From a virus, in IMG/VR virus record IMGVR_UViG_3300042542_004852: a stretch of 64,000 nt of DNA. One strand, 5' to 3'. Within the stretch, counting starts at the first letter, position 1. The number at the start of each line of letters is the position of its first letter. Of this stretch, positions 28,635 through 38,011 are shown piece after piece. Both the position numbers and the translations under genes were made by a program. The notes beneath the pieces are model-generated. The model was not told where the DNA came from and did no database searches. It saw nothing but the letters and a program-made list of their open reading frames with translations.

Positions 28635-28838
28635 ATGCCTTTACCAAAACCCTCGGAGAAAGAAAAAGAACAAGAATTTGTTAGCCGCTGCATGGCGGAT
28701 GACATGATGAACAAAGACTATAAAGATCAAAAACAAAGAGCCGCAGTTTGCTATTCTCAATTCAAGCGCAGAATAAAAAACAAAGGCGAAGCCTCTTGGG
28801 ACGACGTTCGCAAGGGAGATTCTCTCGGATTAGTGTAA
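28635..28838 (+). CDS. Small conserved-type phage protein
   Basis: MPLPKP..E..EFVSRCM...QRAAVCYSQF; GTGTAA 9 nt upstream. Confidence 0.7.
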   Translation: MPLPKPSEKEKEQEFVSRCMADDMMNKDYKDQKQRAAVCYSQFKRRIKNKGEASWDDVRKGDSLGLV

Positions 28839-28863
28839 TTATACCAAAGGCAAAAGGAAAAAT

Positions 28864-30540
28864 ATGGCAACTTACGTTCTTCAAAACTCCGCTCAGCAAA
28901 TTGATGCTGCTGTAACAGCAGCTTATTCTGGTCTTGTATTAGGTGGCACAGGATTAGCTCGCATAACTGGCAACCAAACAATTAGCGGCGTTAAAACTTT
29001 TGCGGATCAAGCTGTTTTTTCTAGCGGTGCTATTTTAAATGGCCCAACTCAGTTAAATAATATTGGAACCATCACTCCTACTGGAAATGCTATTATAGAT
29101 TTGGGCAGTGCTTCTAATCAATTTAAGACTGGTTGGTTTAGTGGTATTTCTGGAGCAAATGCAATTATTAGGAATCTAATCGTTTCAGACAGCTTCTCTG
29201 CGCCGATTATTGGATTACAATTAATTAATTCTACAGGTATCAGCGTTACCCTTTCTGGCACAACAAATTTAAACTCTGCTAATTTTAGCGGCAATATCAA
29301 CTCTGCTGGAACAAATACCTTTAGCGGCAACCTAAATGTTTCTGGCAACTCAGTCTTTAATGGAACCATTACCGCCACTGGTAATAAAACGTTTTCTGGC
29401 ACACTCTCTCAAACAGGCAATTTAAATTTATTTGGTGGTTTAAATCATTCTGGTGATTTTATATCTACTGGAAGTTTTAGTCATAGCGGATCGCTCACAA
29501 ATAGCGGCAATGTAAATTTTGTGGGAGATTTAAGCTCAAGAGGAAATATTACATTTAATGGAGATGAAAATAAAAATTTCCAATTCACAGGAAACGGCGC
29601 AAACTTTATTGTTAGTGGTGCAAACTTTAATGTTAATGCGGCCTTAAATTTAATTGGAGATTTTCTATTAACTGGAAATCAACATAATTTAGTAGGAAAT
29701 TTATTCCATACTGGTGGCCACTATCACAGTGGACAATTAATCAATGTCGGAGAATTTAGACATACTGGAGACTTTACAGTAGTGGGTCTTTCCAATTTTA
29801 ATGCGAGAGCAACCATGTCAAGTGGAGTTTCGTTAAACGGAAACGGATATACGCCATCTCTTGTATTGCAGAAAAATCTAGTAAATCTATCTGTTCCATC
29901 TGGAGGAGCAATTGAATACGGCCAAAATGGTTCATTTTATTTCACTAATGAAACTACTGGATATTCAAATAGAACTCTTTTAAACTCAATTTACACACTA
30001 TTTCTACCAACACAATATTTTGTTGGTCCCCTTGCAAACACATTTGACACTTTGCCTTTAGGCAATACAGGTGTGTATCTGAATACAGGAACTTATCATA
30101 TTGTTTATCATACAAGATTTAAAAAAGGCTCTACAGACAAAACTGTCATGATGGGTTTAACAGGTGGAGGTTCTGCATCTTTCACCAATAGATTTGGCGG
30201 AATCAAAAAAAGACATTTCACAGATCAAGTTAATGCTGGATTTTCTTTTAATATCACTGGATCGTCTTCCGTCAATGCTGTATTTGCTTCTGGAGCGCTG
30301 GGCAGAAACGAATCTTTAACCATTGATTCTTCAACTGATGCTAGATCATTAGGATATTTTGAATTTGATTGTGTTGTAACTGTTACTGGACTAACTAAAG
30401 TGCGTCCATTTTTTAGATCAATTGATGCTTCTGCTTCAGATACTGTGACTGGTTCACAATTTGTGATGAGAGTAACTCCATTGAGCACTGGCATTGGTAG
30501 TGGATTGGCTTCTGCATCTGGTCCTTGGACGGATGCTTAA
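28864..30540 (+). CDS. Fibre-like virion protein with Gly/Asn/Thr beta-repeats
   Basis: TGNQTISGVKTF fibre motif, many short xSGx/xTGx repeats, C-terminal beta domain; AAGGA SD upstream. Confidence 0.65.
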   Translation: MATYVLQNSAQQIDAAVTAAYSGLVLGGTGLARITGNQTISGVKTFADQAVFSSGAILNGPTQLNNIGTITPTGNAIIDLGSASNQFKTGWFSGISGANAIIRNLIVSDSFSAPIIGLQLINSTGISVTLSGTTNLNSANFSGNINSAGTNTFSGNLNVSGNSVFNGTITATGNKTFSGTLSQTGNLNLFGGLNHSGDFISTGSFSHSGSLTNSGNVNFVGDLSSRGNITFNGDENKNFQFTGNGANFIVSGANFNVNAALNLIGDFLLTGNQHNLVGNLFHTGGHYHSGQLINVGEFRHTGDFTVVGLSNFNARATMSSGVSLNGNGYTPSLVLQKNLVNLSVPSGGAIEYGQNGSFYFTNETTGYSNRTLLNSIYTLFLPTQYFVGPLANTFDTLPLGNTGVYLNTGTYHIVYHTRFKKGSTDKTVMMGLTGGGSASFTNRFGGIKKRHFTDQVNAGFSFNITGSSSVNAVFASGALGRNESLTIDSSTDARSLGYFEFDCVVTVTGLTKVRPFFRSIDASASDTVTGSQFVMRVTPLSTGIGSGLASASGPWTDA

Positions 30541-30542
30541 TT

Positions 30543-31202
30543 ATGGCTTATCTAAATCACAACGTTCCCACAATCACTTGCTTAATTCGAAACGAATATT
30601 TGTTTAATCACGAAAAAGGTCACGGCGAATACACATCTGCTGATGTTCATTCTGTAGCTTCCATCGAGAAGCGAGTGCCTCTTTTTGAAGCTTATTTGGA
30701 TAACGGCGTAAACTGGACGCGCCGACCAATCACAGCGTTTTGCTGGAAACCTTGCGATCCAGTGCCTCTTGAGCACGCAATGTATTGGGACTGCTTCAGT
30801 CCCTACGTTGACGTTCAAGTGCGTCAGAGGCTCAAAGGATTGCGAGCCAAGCTCATCACACCATCCAACACCAAAGAAGTTGGTGAATACCTCTTTACTC
30901 TTGACTGGAGTTGGGAAAACAAAAGCATTTTAGACACTAATTTTAGCGAAACTCCAGAGCATAAATGCGCTCATTTCTTTAAAATGGATAACGGCAATTT
31001 CTACGCCTACCCAAATAATCGCATCGTCTGGCATGACGACGCATGGGTGAAAGAACCGATTGATAAAAATCCAGGTTATAAAATTGATTTAAATATTTAT
31101 TCCGTGGAAAACAAGAGAACTAAATTTACAGATTATAGTTACATCACTGAATTCTCAGATGCGCCAATCAATCATCCAGAACCTAAAACTGCCACAATGT
31201 AA
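30543..31202 (+). CDS. Conserved-type phage hypothetical protein
   Basis: MAYLNHNVP...WDCFS...YLFTLDW...EHKCAH...GNFYAYPNNR. Start at ATG 30543. Confidence 0.7.
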   Translation: MAYLNHNVPTITCLIRNEYLFNHEKGHGEYTSADVHSVASIEKRVPLFEAYLDNGVNWTRRPITAFCWKPCDPVPLEHAMYWDCFSPYVDVQVRQRLKGLRAKLITPSNTKEVGEYLFTLDWSWENKSILDTNFSETPEHKCAHFFKMDNGNFYAYPNNRIVWHDDAWVKEPIDKNPGYKIDLNIYSVENKRTKFTDYSYITEFSDAPINHPEPKTATM

Positions 31203-31560
31203 GCTCGGCGTTTCAAAAATCGCTGGAGCAGGAGTTGGAGTTTTTACTCTTTCTAGTTTTCAAAAAGGCTATCCAGTTTTTGGCCCAAGAGGAACAAACT
31301 ACTTTATTCGCTGGGAAGAGTTAGCTGATGTGTCAAACGCTGTGAAAGACTACATTCAGTGTATTTGCCACTCTGATGGTGATGGGTTCTTTATTGATAG
31401 TTTTTTGGACCAGATTGATTTGAGTTTTTATGTTAATCATTCTGAAACGCCCAACTTGTTTCACGACGAAAACGCAGACGTTTACTTCACAGCTAGAGAA
31501 ATAAAAGCTGGAGAAGAGTTGACTCTTCTATATCCAGAGCACGAAAGAGACTGGATTTAA
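31159..31560 (+). CDS. SET-domain protein (lysine methyltransferase fold)
   Basis: SKIAGAGVGVF, YVNHSETPN, AREIKAGEELTLLY. Confidence 0.9.
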   Translation: MRQSIIQNLKLPQCKLGVSKIAGAGVGVFTLSSFQKGYPVFGPRGTNYFIRWEELADVSNAVKDYIQCICHSDGDGFFIDSFLDQIDLSFYVNHSETPNLFHDENADVYFTAREIKAGEELTLLYPEHERDWI

Positions 31561-31986
31561 TTAAGACCTATTCTGATAACAGAATAAGCCATAGTCAACC
31601 ATAATTTCTAAAAATCTTTGAACAGTTATGGTGCGTGGTTGTTTAATGTGGTCCCAAATTGTGATCTCTGTGCTTGGCAACATTTTGTTTTGCTGCAATG
31701 CTAAACTTAAGAGTGTAATCAATTTGCTAAATTCTGCTTCATCTTCTCTATTTGCAGAGAGTTTGTAATTCTCTGGTTGCACATTGAAGGGATCAATTGA
31801 TCCATTTGCAGCACTAGCAAAGTAAGCTATTGCACCATCAAAAGAATCAGCATAAACCCAGCCGTCTATTGGGTATTCGTATGAATCTTTGTCAGATACG
31901 ACCAACATGTAATTAGGCCCATTCACTATATTTGGGGCAAATAAAATTTCTGTTTCTTCTTTTTTGTAAAATCCTGCGTTGTTCAT
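31561..31986 (-). CDS. Putative tail-fibre-associated or assembly protein
   Basis: Directly follows the LRR-like fibre gene; YEYPIDGW motif and helical C-terminal domain. Confidence 0.45.
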   Translation of the reverse strand: MNNAGFYKKEETEILFAPNIVNGPNYMLVVSDKDSYEYPIDGWVYADSFDGAIAYFASAANGSIDPFNVQPENYKLSANREDEAEFSKLITLLSLALQQNKMLPSTEITIWDHIKQPRTITVQRFLEIMVDYGLFCYQNRS

Positions 31987-31990
31987 AAAA

Positions 31991-34348
31991 TTATCCTGAT
32001 ATTGTGAACCCTTTAAGCACTGCTTTATATGTTTGAAGCAAGCGAAACGCTAGTGTCTGTGCTGAACCACCAGCCATAGGTCTTGACATGGTAACACTTG
32101 TATTTGGCACTATGCTAACAATGACTGAATTGTATCTAACTGTTCCAGAACCATTGGTTGTTAATGGCAATGCTGCTCCACCCAATGTACTAGCCACTTG
32201 AAAAGTATCAGCAGCAGCATTAACTACAAAATAAATTGTATTAATTACAATACCCGTTGTGGTGGTGATGACTGAAAAAGCTACTTCATCTCCATCGCTC
32301 AATCCATGTGCTGTAAGATTTACTAAATCACCTGCATCTGTAAAGGTTACTGCTCTTCCTGTTGTGAGGATAGTATTGGTTCCTGTGACTTGCATGCCAA
32401 CAGATAATCCAGTGGTGCTAGCCATTGTGATGGTTGTAGAACCAGCAGCAGGTGTTCCAGTTAATGAGACTGGTGTTGGAGCACCCCAGGTATTTGATAT
32501 AGTTAAGGTTCTTGTTGCGCCTGCAAGTGCTGTTCCTAAATTTGTAAATATTGTTTCAAGAGCATCTTTTGCAAGTTTGCATTGGCTAAAAGACATAGAA
32601 ACTCTTAAATTAGTAGCATTAAAAGTAGCCAAGCTAAAGCAGCTAGTGAGTGTTGAAGTTGTGCCAGTTACCAGATTCAAATTCATAGCGGGAAATGTAG
32701 TTAAGCTATAACATGCAATAACCATGTTTGTCATATCAGTTGCAGCAATTGTATTAAATTCAGGAATAGTCATTAAACTGACACAGCTATTAAATGTGCC
32801 GTTAAATGAAGTTACTTTAATAGTATTGAATAATGGTACGCTTCTTAAGCTATAACATTGAGTAAACATGCTAGCAAAACTAAGAACGTTTGCTGTATTA
32901 AACAAAGGCACAGATGACAAACTATAGCAAGTATAAAACATGCTAGCCATATTTGTCACAGCGCCAGTATTAAATAACGGAACTGTTACTAAACTGACAC
33001 AAAAATTAAACATACTAGACATTCCTGTCACAGCTATGGTATTGAATAAAGGAACTGTTTTTAAACTAATGCAGTTAAAAAACATATTAGTCATATCTGT
33101 TACTTTAATAGTATTCATTAACCCAACATTGATTAACGAATAACAGGAATAAAACATACTATTCATGGTCAATACATTAGCTGCATTAAAAGCTGGAACA
33201 TTTTGTAATGAGAAGCATTGATAAAACATTTGGCCCATATTTGTAACAGCAATAGTATTGAATAATGGTACTGTTTCCAAACTATGACAGTTATAAAACA
33301 TACTATTCATGGTTGTCACAGCCACTGTATTGAATAATGGTACTGATACCAAACCAGTGCAAATCCAAAACATACTACCCATGTCTGTTACTCTAACTGT
33401 ATTAAATAATGGAACTGTTCTAAGACTATAGCAAGTATAAAACATTTGACTCATAGTAGTACAGCTACGGGTATCATATAGCGGTACACTCACCAATGAA
33501 TAACATTGGTAAAACATAGTGCTCATGTTTGTCACTGCTGCTGTATTGAATAGTGGGGCTATTGATAGGCTACGACAATCATAAAACATTGATGCAGCAT
33601 TAAGCAAACCTGATAAATTTGCATTAGAACTGAATCTAACATCTAATAAACTCCAACATAAAGCAAACATACCTGATGTGTTCGTCACTGCTGCTGTTAC
33701 ACCAACATCAACAAGCAACAAACTATACATGCTGTATAGTAAATTTGCAAAACTGGTTAATGTGCCTGTATTGATAAAATTAATGTATCTGCAACGTCTA
33801 GGATATATAGTAGATGCACCGCTTGTTGTCCCAATTGTTAATGATGTTAGATTGGGAGCAGAAAGATATATTTCGTGTATGGGTTGACTGTAATAGTTAA
33901 GCGCCAGCATGGAAGAGTGTCTGGTCTGAAGATTTACAGATGTTATATTTGCTCCTCCTTGTGGTGTTATAATCACCCATGCTTGCTTGAAACCATCAGA
34001 TGTTAGAGTGGAATTGGTTGGATCAAATGTATTGTAGTCATAGGAGTGTTGTGCAGCAACACCTGATGAGATGTTTTCTGTTATTCCATCTCCCCAATCA
34101 ACTGTGTAGTTGCCTGCGATGGTGAAGGCTAGATAATTAGATGAATTATTTGATACAAAAACCAACAAAGCAATCTTCTGTTCTGAGCTAGAGATAACAG
34201 GCGGTGCAAGCAAATCGGTGGGACGATCTGTGCTAGTTGCAGCCGCAATGGGTTTTTTTAGATTATTAAATCTATTATACCCCATGAAAGAGGATGAGAT
34301 TATTTTATCCGCAGATGTTGCTGCTTTCTGGCCATATCTAATGCTCAT
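31991..34348 (-). CDS. Virion adhesin-like protein with BspA/DUF285-type leucine-rich repeats
   Basis: YTVDWGDG (PKD-like), about 14 tandem 24-aa units PLFNTxxVTxMxxMFxxCxSLxxV, C-terminal AHGLSDGD beta module. Confidence 0.8.
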   Translation of the reverse strand: MSIRYGQKAATSADKIISSSFMGYNRFNNLKKPIAAATSTDRPTDLLAPPVISSSEQKIALLVFVSNNSSNYLAFTIAGNYTVDWGDGITENISSGVAAQHSYDYNTFDPTNSTLTSDGFKQAWVIITPQGGANITSVNLQTRHSSMLALNYYSQPIHEIYLSAPNLTSLTIGTTSGASTIYPRRCRYINFINTGTLTSFANLLYSMYSLLLVDVGVTAAVTNTSGMFALCWSLLDVRFSSNANLSGLLNAASMFYDCRSLSIAPLFNTAAVTNMSTMFYQCYSLVSVPLYDTRSCTTMSQMFYTCYSLRTVPLFNTVRVTDMGSMFWICTGLVSVPLFNTVAVTTMNSMFYNCHSLETVPLFNTIAVTNMGQMFYQCFSLQNVPAFNAANVLTMNSMFYSCYSLINVGLMNTIKVTDMTNMFFNCISLKTVPLFNTIAVTGMSSMFNFCVSLVTVPLFNTGAVTNMASMFYTCYSLSSVPLFNTANVLSFASMFTQCYSLRSVPLFNTIKVTSFNGTFNSCVSLMTIPEFNTIAATDMTNMVIACYSLTTFPAMNLNLVTGTTSTLTSCFSLATFNATNLRVSMSFSQCKLAKDALETIFTNLGTALAGATRTLTISNTWGAPTPVSLTGTPAAGSTTITMASTTGLSVGMQVTGTNTILTTGRAVTFTDAGDLVNLTAHGLSDGDEVAFSVITTTTGIVINTIYFVVNAAADTFQVASTLGGAALPLTTNGSGTVRYNSVIVSIVPNTSVTMSRPMAGGSAQTLAFRLLQTYKAVLKGFTISG
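32680..33700 (-). repeat. Coding tandem repeat of about 72 nt (24 aa)
   Basis: Recurrent aaacat / ttgaataatgg units on the + strand matching the peptide repeat. Confidence 0.85.
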
Positions 34349-34350
34349 AA

Positions 34351-34716
34351 TTATGCAGTGATTCTGTTGACGTAACCATAAACATTGATTCCACTCGCTA
34401 CTGAACTCAAACCATAAACAACGCTAGCAGTTGATCCGCTTCCCTCTAAAACAAAACCAGGAGATACTAATATAGGACCAGCGTAAGCTTGAACATTAAT
34501 TGGACCAAGAATATTTGTCGCGCCAGTCAAACCCCAATACACAGTCAAAAGAGCATCTGAGGCTCCAGTGTTATTGGCATATAGCCAAATTTCATCAAGG
34601 TCAGTGGCATTGTTTTGAGTGGCATGCAATTGAACACCTGGAACTCCAGTGGAGGTCAATAAAATACCAGCGCCAATTGCTGTTTGAGATAGTGGGATTT
34701 TTGAATAAGAAGGCAT
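34351..34716 (-). CDS. Small beta-rich virion protein
   Basis: DEIWLYANN...INVYGYVNRI, located between fibre genes. Confidence 0.6.
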   Translation of the reverse strand: MPSYSKIPLSQTAIGAGILLTSTGVPGVQLHATQNNATDLDEIWLYANNTGASDALLTVYWGLTGATNILGPINVQAYAGPILVSPGFVLEGSGSTASVVYGLSSVASGINVYGYVNRITA

Positions 34717-34717
34717 A

Positions 34718-37432
34718 TTATGCGAACATTGAAATTGAAATAACTAAATTAGAATCATTAACACTAATGCTGCCACTACCGCCGCCACCCGTTCCAGCAT
34801 TATCAGCGAAAGAACCAGTAACAGTTGAGCCGCCTCTCTGGAATAGAGTTATAACTTTTGTAGTGTCACCAGTAATTGTCATGCCAGTGATGGCATCATT
34901 AAAACCAGTAATAGCATAGCCACTGATTGATTGGCCGTTACTCAAACCGTAATAGCGGCCATCTGCCGCGCCCGTGGTCAGGAACGCGCCCGTGAGCGCG
35001 GAAGCGGCAAACGCTCCAGTTTGTGAGACTGTAATAAACGAACCAGTATTTGCAGCCAAAGCATAAGCTGAAATTCCTGATACATCTCCAGTATTAATTT
35101 GACGAGCAAACCAAGAACCGCTGCCCGAATCATACATCAGAGTATCATTAGTGCTTGCATTCTGAGCGTAAACTCGATGCAGTTCTTCAATTTCAAAACC
35201 ATTTTGAGGTTTAACATAAACTTTACCGTTGTTTGATTGAGAACGTAAAACAACACCTAAATAAACAAGATGATTGTTACCATAAGGTTTGTTGCCAGTG
35301 CCAAAAAGAATATCTCCAGTTGTACCAAGCCACATTGGATCGCCAGCCGCAGCAGCGCTCGTATTAAATCCCTCTAAGATTCCTTCTGATATAATATAGC
35401 CAAAGTCATTAGAGTTTAGGTTTTGAGCTAAAAGGCCAATGGTTTGCGAAGAGGTTCGTTCTCCAGTATTTGACGCTCTTTTAATTAATGGGTTTGCTCC
35501 ATTGGCTCCGCCAATATAAACTGGTTGACCCTTGTTTAAAGTAAAAGGTTCGTCGTTTTTACCATACAAATGAATTGTATCAACAGCATCGCCGCTTATT
35601 AAAACTCCTGTAGTGTTAACAGTTGGCCTAGATATAAAATTTTTTATCCCAGAAATCGTTTCATTACCCGTTAAAGAAACATAACTGCCAGTTGAACTAG
35701 AACCTGAAAAGTTACTTATTTGATACTGTAAGTATCCGCTTACTCCAGTAACATAACTTGTTGTTGCATAACTGCTGAGATCAACTCCTGTTATAAATCC
35801 AGATGGATTACTATTTGGATAAAATGCTCCAGTTTGAGAAGCTGTAATGAAAGAACCAGTTTGCCCAGTAGTAATAAAAATACCTGTTTCACTTGGTCGC
35901 ACAACAGAACCTGTAACAAATTGTCCAGTTTGTCCAGTGGTAACAAAAGCCCCAGTAGCAGATTGAAGAGCATAACGACTATCTGCTGCGCCTGTGGTCA
36001 AAAACGCTCCTGTTTGAGATGAAACAACAAAAGAGCCTGTTGTTCCTGTGCTAACAAATTGTCCCGTTTGAGAAGAAGTGATAAAATTACCAGTCTCACT
36101 TGGTCTAACTACGCTACCCGTAACAAAAGAACCAGTTGCTCCAGTAGAAACAAACTGTCCTGTTTGACTCGACGTAATAAAATTACCAGTTGCGCCAGTT
36201 GTTACAAACGCTCCTGTTTCACTTGGGCGAACCACTGAGCCAGTTACAAAGGAACCAGTAGCTCCAGTGCTGACAAACTGCCCTGTTTGAGAAGAGGTGA
36301 TAAAAGAGCCTGTTTCGCTAGGACGAACAACAGAACCAGTGACAAAATTACCTGTTGAACCAGTAGAAACAAACTGTCCTGTTTGAGATGTTGTAATGAA
36401 ATTACCAGTTTCACTTGGCCTCACAACACTGCCCGTAACAAATGAACCAGTTGAACCTGTTGATACAAATTGGCCTGTTTGAGATGAGGTGATAAAAACC
36501 CCAGTTTGACCAGTTGTTACAAATGCTCCTGTTTCGCTTGGACGTACTACAGAACCAGTCACAAAAGAGCCAGTTGATCCCGTTCCAACAAACTGCCCAG
36601 TTTGAGAAGTTGTGATGAAAGAACCAGTTTGCCCAGTTGTTACGAAAACCCCCGTAGCTGACTGCAAAGCATAACGGCCATCAGCAGCGCCAGTAGTAAG
36701 AAATGCGCCAGTCTGAGATGAGACAACAAAAGTTCCTGTTTGTCCAGTCGTTACAAACTGTCCAGTTTGGGAGGCTGTAATGAAATTACCAGTCTGTCCA
36801 GTGGTTACAAAAACTCCTGTTGAAGACTTTGTAACATAATTGGTTAAATCAACTCCAGTAATATAACCACTAGGATTAGAATTTAAAGGATAAAAAACTC
36901 CAGTTAATGATCCTGTTTGAGAAGTTGTAATAAAACTTCCAGTTTCGCTTGGGCGCACTACCAAACCTGTTACAAAAGAACCTGTAGAGCCTGTCGAAAC
37001 AAATTGACCAGTTTGAGAGTTAGTGATAGCTTCACCACTCAATAAAACTCCAGTGCCACTAATTGTTGGACGAACTAAAAAATTCTTTAATGAATTAATC
37101 GTTTGGCTGCTACCAGTATCCAAAAACGCACCAGTATTGGAGGGGCGAACAACAGCGCCTTGCACATACCCATTGGGATTGGATGAATAAGGATAAAAAA
37201 CTCCAGTATAAAAACCCGTCTGACCTGTTCCAACAAACTGTCCAGTTTCGCTTGGGCGAACTACTGAACCAGTTACATAATACGCAGAGAGCGAATCGCT
37301 TCCTCCTGGAGCATGAGTTTCGGCATGCTTTGGAAAACCCTCACTGATTGTTAAATCAATCTCATTTGGAGGCTGTAAATTTAAATCAAATTGTGCTGGA
37401 GGATTAATTGTGACTGAAATATCAGTAGCCAT
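34718..37432 (-). CDS. Long Thr/Gly/Ser-rich repeat fibre protein
   Basis: HAETHAPGGSD and TGNETISGIKNF motifs, a repeat shaft, and a C-terminal KGQPVYI..G...G.L domain. Confidence 0.75.
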   Translation of the reverse strand: MATDISVTINPPAQFDLNLQPPNEIDLTISEGFPKHAETHAPGGSDSLSAYYVTGSVVRPSETGQFVGTGQTGFYTGVFYPYSSNPNGYVQGAVVRPSNTGAFLDTGSSQTINSLKNFLVRPTISGTGVLLSGEAITNSQTGQFVSTGSTGSFVTGLVVRPSETGSFITTSQTGSLTGVFYPLNSNPSGYITGVDLTNYVTKSSTGVFVTTGQTGNFITASQTGQFVTTGQTGTFVVSSQTGAFLTTGAADGRYALQSATGVFVTTGQTGSFITTSQTGQFVGTGSTGSFVTGSVVRPSETGAFVTTGQTGVFITSSQTGQFVSTGSTGSFVTGSVVRPSETGNFITTSQTGQFVSTGSTGNFVTGSVVRPSETGSFITSSQTGQFVSTGATGSFVTGSVVRPSETGAFVTTGATGNFITSSQTGQFVSTGATGSFVTGSVVRPSETGNFITSSQTGQFVSTGTTGSFVVSSQTGAFLTTGAADSRYALQSATGAFVTTGQTGQFVTGSVVRPSETGIFITTGQTGSFITASQTGAFYPNSNPSGFITGVDLSSYATTSYVTGVSGYLQYQISNFSGSSSTGSYVSLTGNETISGIKNFISRPTVNTTGVLISGDAVDTIHLYGKNDEPFTLNKGQPVYIGGANGANPLIKRASNTGERTSSQTIGLLAQNLNSNDFGYIISEGILEGFNTSAAAAGDPMWLGTTGDILFGTGNKPYGNNHLVYLGVVLRSQSNNGKVYVKPQNGFEIEELHRVYAQNASTNDTLMYDSGSGSWFARQINTGDVSGISAYALAANTGSFITVSQTGAFAASALTGAFLTTGAADGRYYGLSNGQSISGYAITGFNDAITGMTITGDTTKVITLFQRGGSTVTGSFADNAGTGGGGSGSISVNDSNLVISISMFA
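35860..37280 (-). repeat. Coding modular repeat (9-aa FxTxxxTGx and 14-aa FVTGSVVRPSETGx units)
   Basis: Visible in the translation; synonymous codons differ between copies. Confidence 0.9.
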
Positions 37433-37779
37433 TATTCAAGCCCCCTTCCTTGAACATCTACATCGCCCTTGATAATTCTAACTGGGCAACCGCTGCTAGG
37501 TGGGTAAATAAAAATTTCTTGCTCGTAAGCATCATAAGACAATTGAGATGTTTGACTGCCATTTAATTCTAAATTAATAATGCCAGAGCCTGTGCTTAGA
37601 ATTGTTGCTGTCCAATTTGGGCCAAAAGAACCGTCCCATTTTCTTCGCAAATATCCAGATACGCTGTAGCCAGAAAGAGAGTATTCTCCTGTTGAAGTGC
37701 TTAAATCAACAGAATAAGAATAGCATGCGCCCCTCTCTAGTGCATTTGAACCAGTTAAATTATATGTGCCTGCTGCCAT
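37432..37779 (-). CDS. Baseplate/fibre-anchoring protein (BppU N-terminal-like)
   Basis: LERGA.Y...LSGYSVSGYLRR...GIINLEL..SQTSQL...RIIKGDVDV. Confidence 0.6.
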   Translation of the reverse strand: MAAGTYNLTGSNALERGACYSYSVDLSTSTGEYSLSGYSVSGYLRRKWDGSFGPNWTATILSTGSGIINLELNGSQTSQLSYDAYEQEIFIYPPSSGCPVRIIKGDVDVQGRGLE

Positions 37780-37794
37780 ATATAGAATTACACT

Positions 37795-38010
37795 TTAAAT
37801 AGAAGAGTTTTTTACTTCAACAGCAGAAATTTGCCCATCTCCTGAATAAAAATAATAATTTGAGCCTTCTTCTTTGGAAGGAATACATAATTCTGAATCT
37901 GAATAATTTCCTCCAGAAAATAAAAAATTATAAATCTCCCCGTCTTCTGATTTTAAGACTTCAGAAGATGATGAAATTTCAACGATTGGATAATTAAAGT
38001 TAGTTGTCAT
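37795..38010 (-). CDS. Small hypothetical protein
   Basis: ATG at 38010 lies just after the upstream stop; the longer track call overlaps that gene. Confidence 0.45.
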   Translation of the reverse strand: MTTNFNYPIVEISSSSEVLKSEDGEIYNFLFSGGNYSDSELCIPSKEEGSNYYFYSGDGQISAVEVKNSSI

Positions 38011-38011
38011 G

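Noticed and set aside
31991-37432. CRISPR array or diversity-generating retroelement in the repeat-rich fibre genes
   Set aside because: The repeats are in-frame coding units with synonymous variation; no spacers, no adenine-specific TR/VR pair and no reverse transcriptase are seen in the window.
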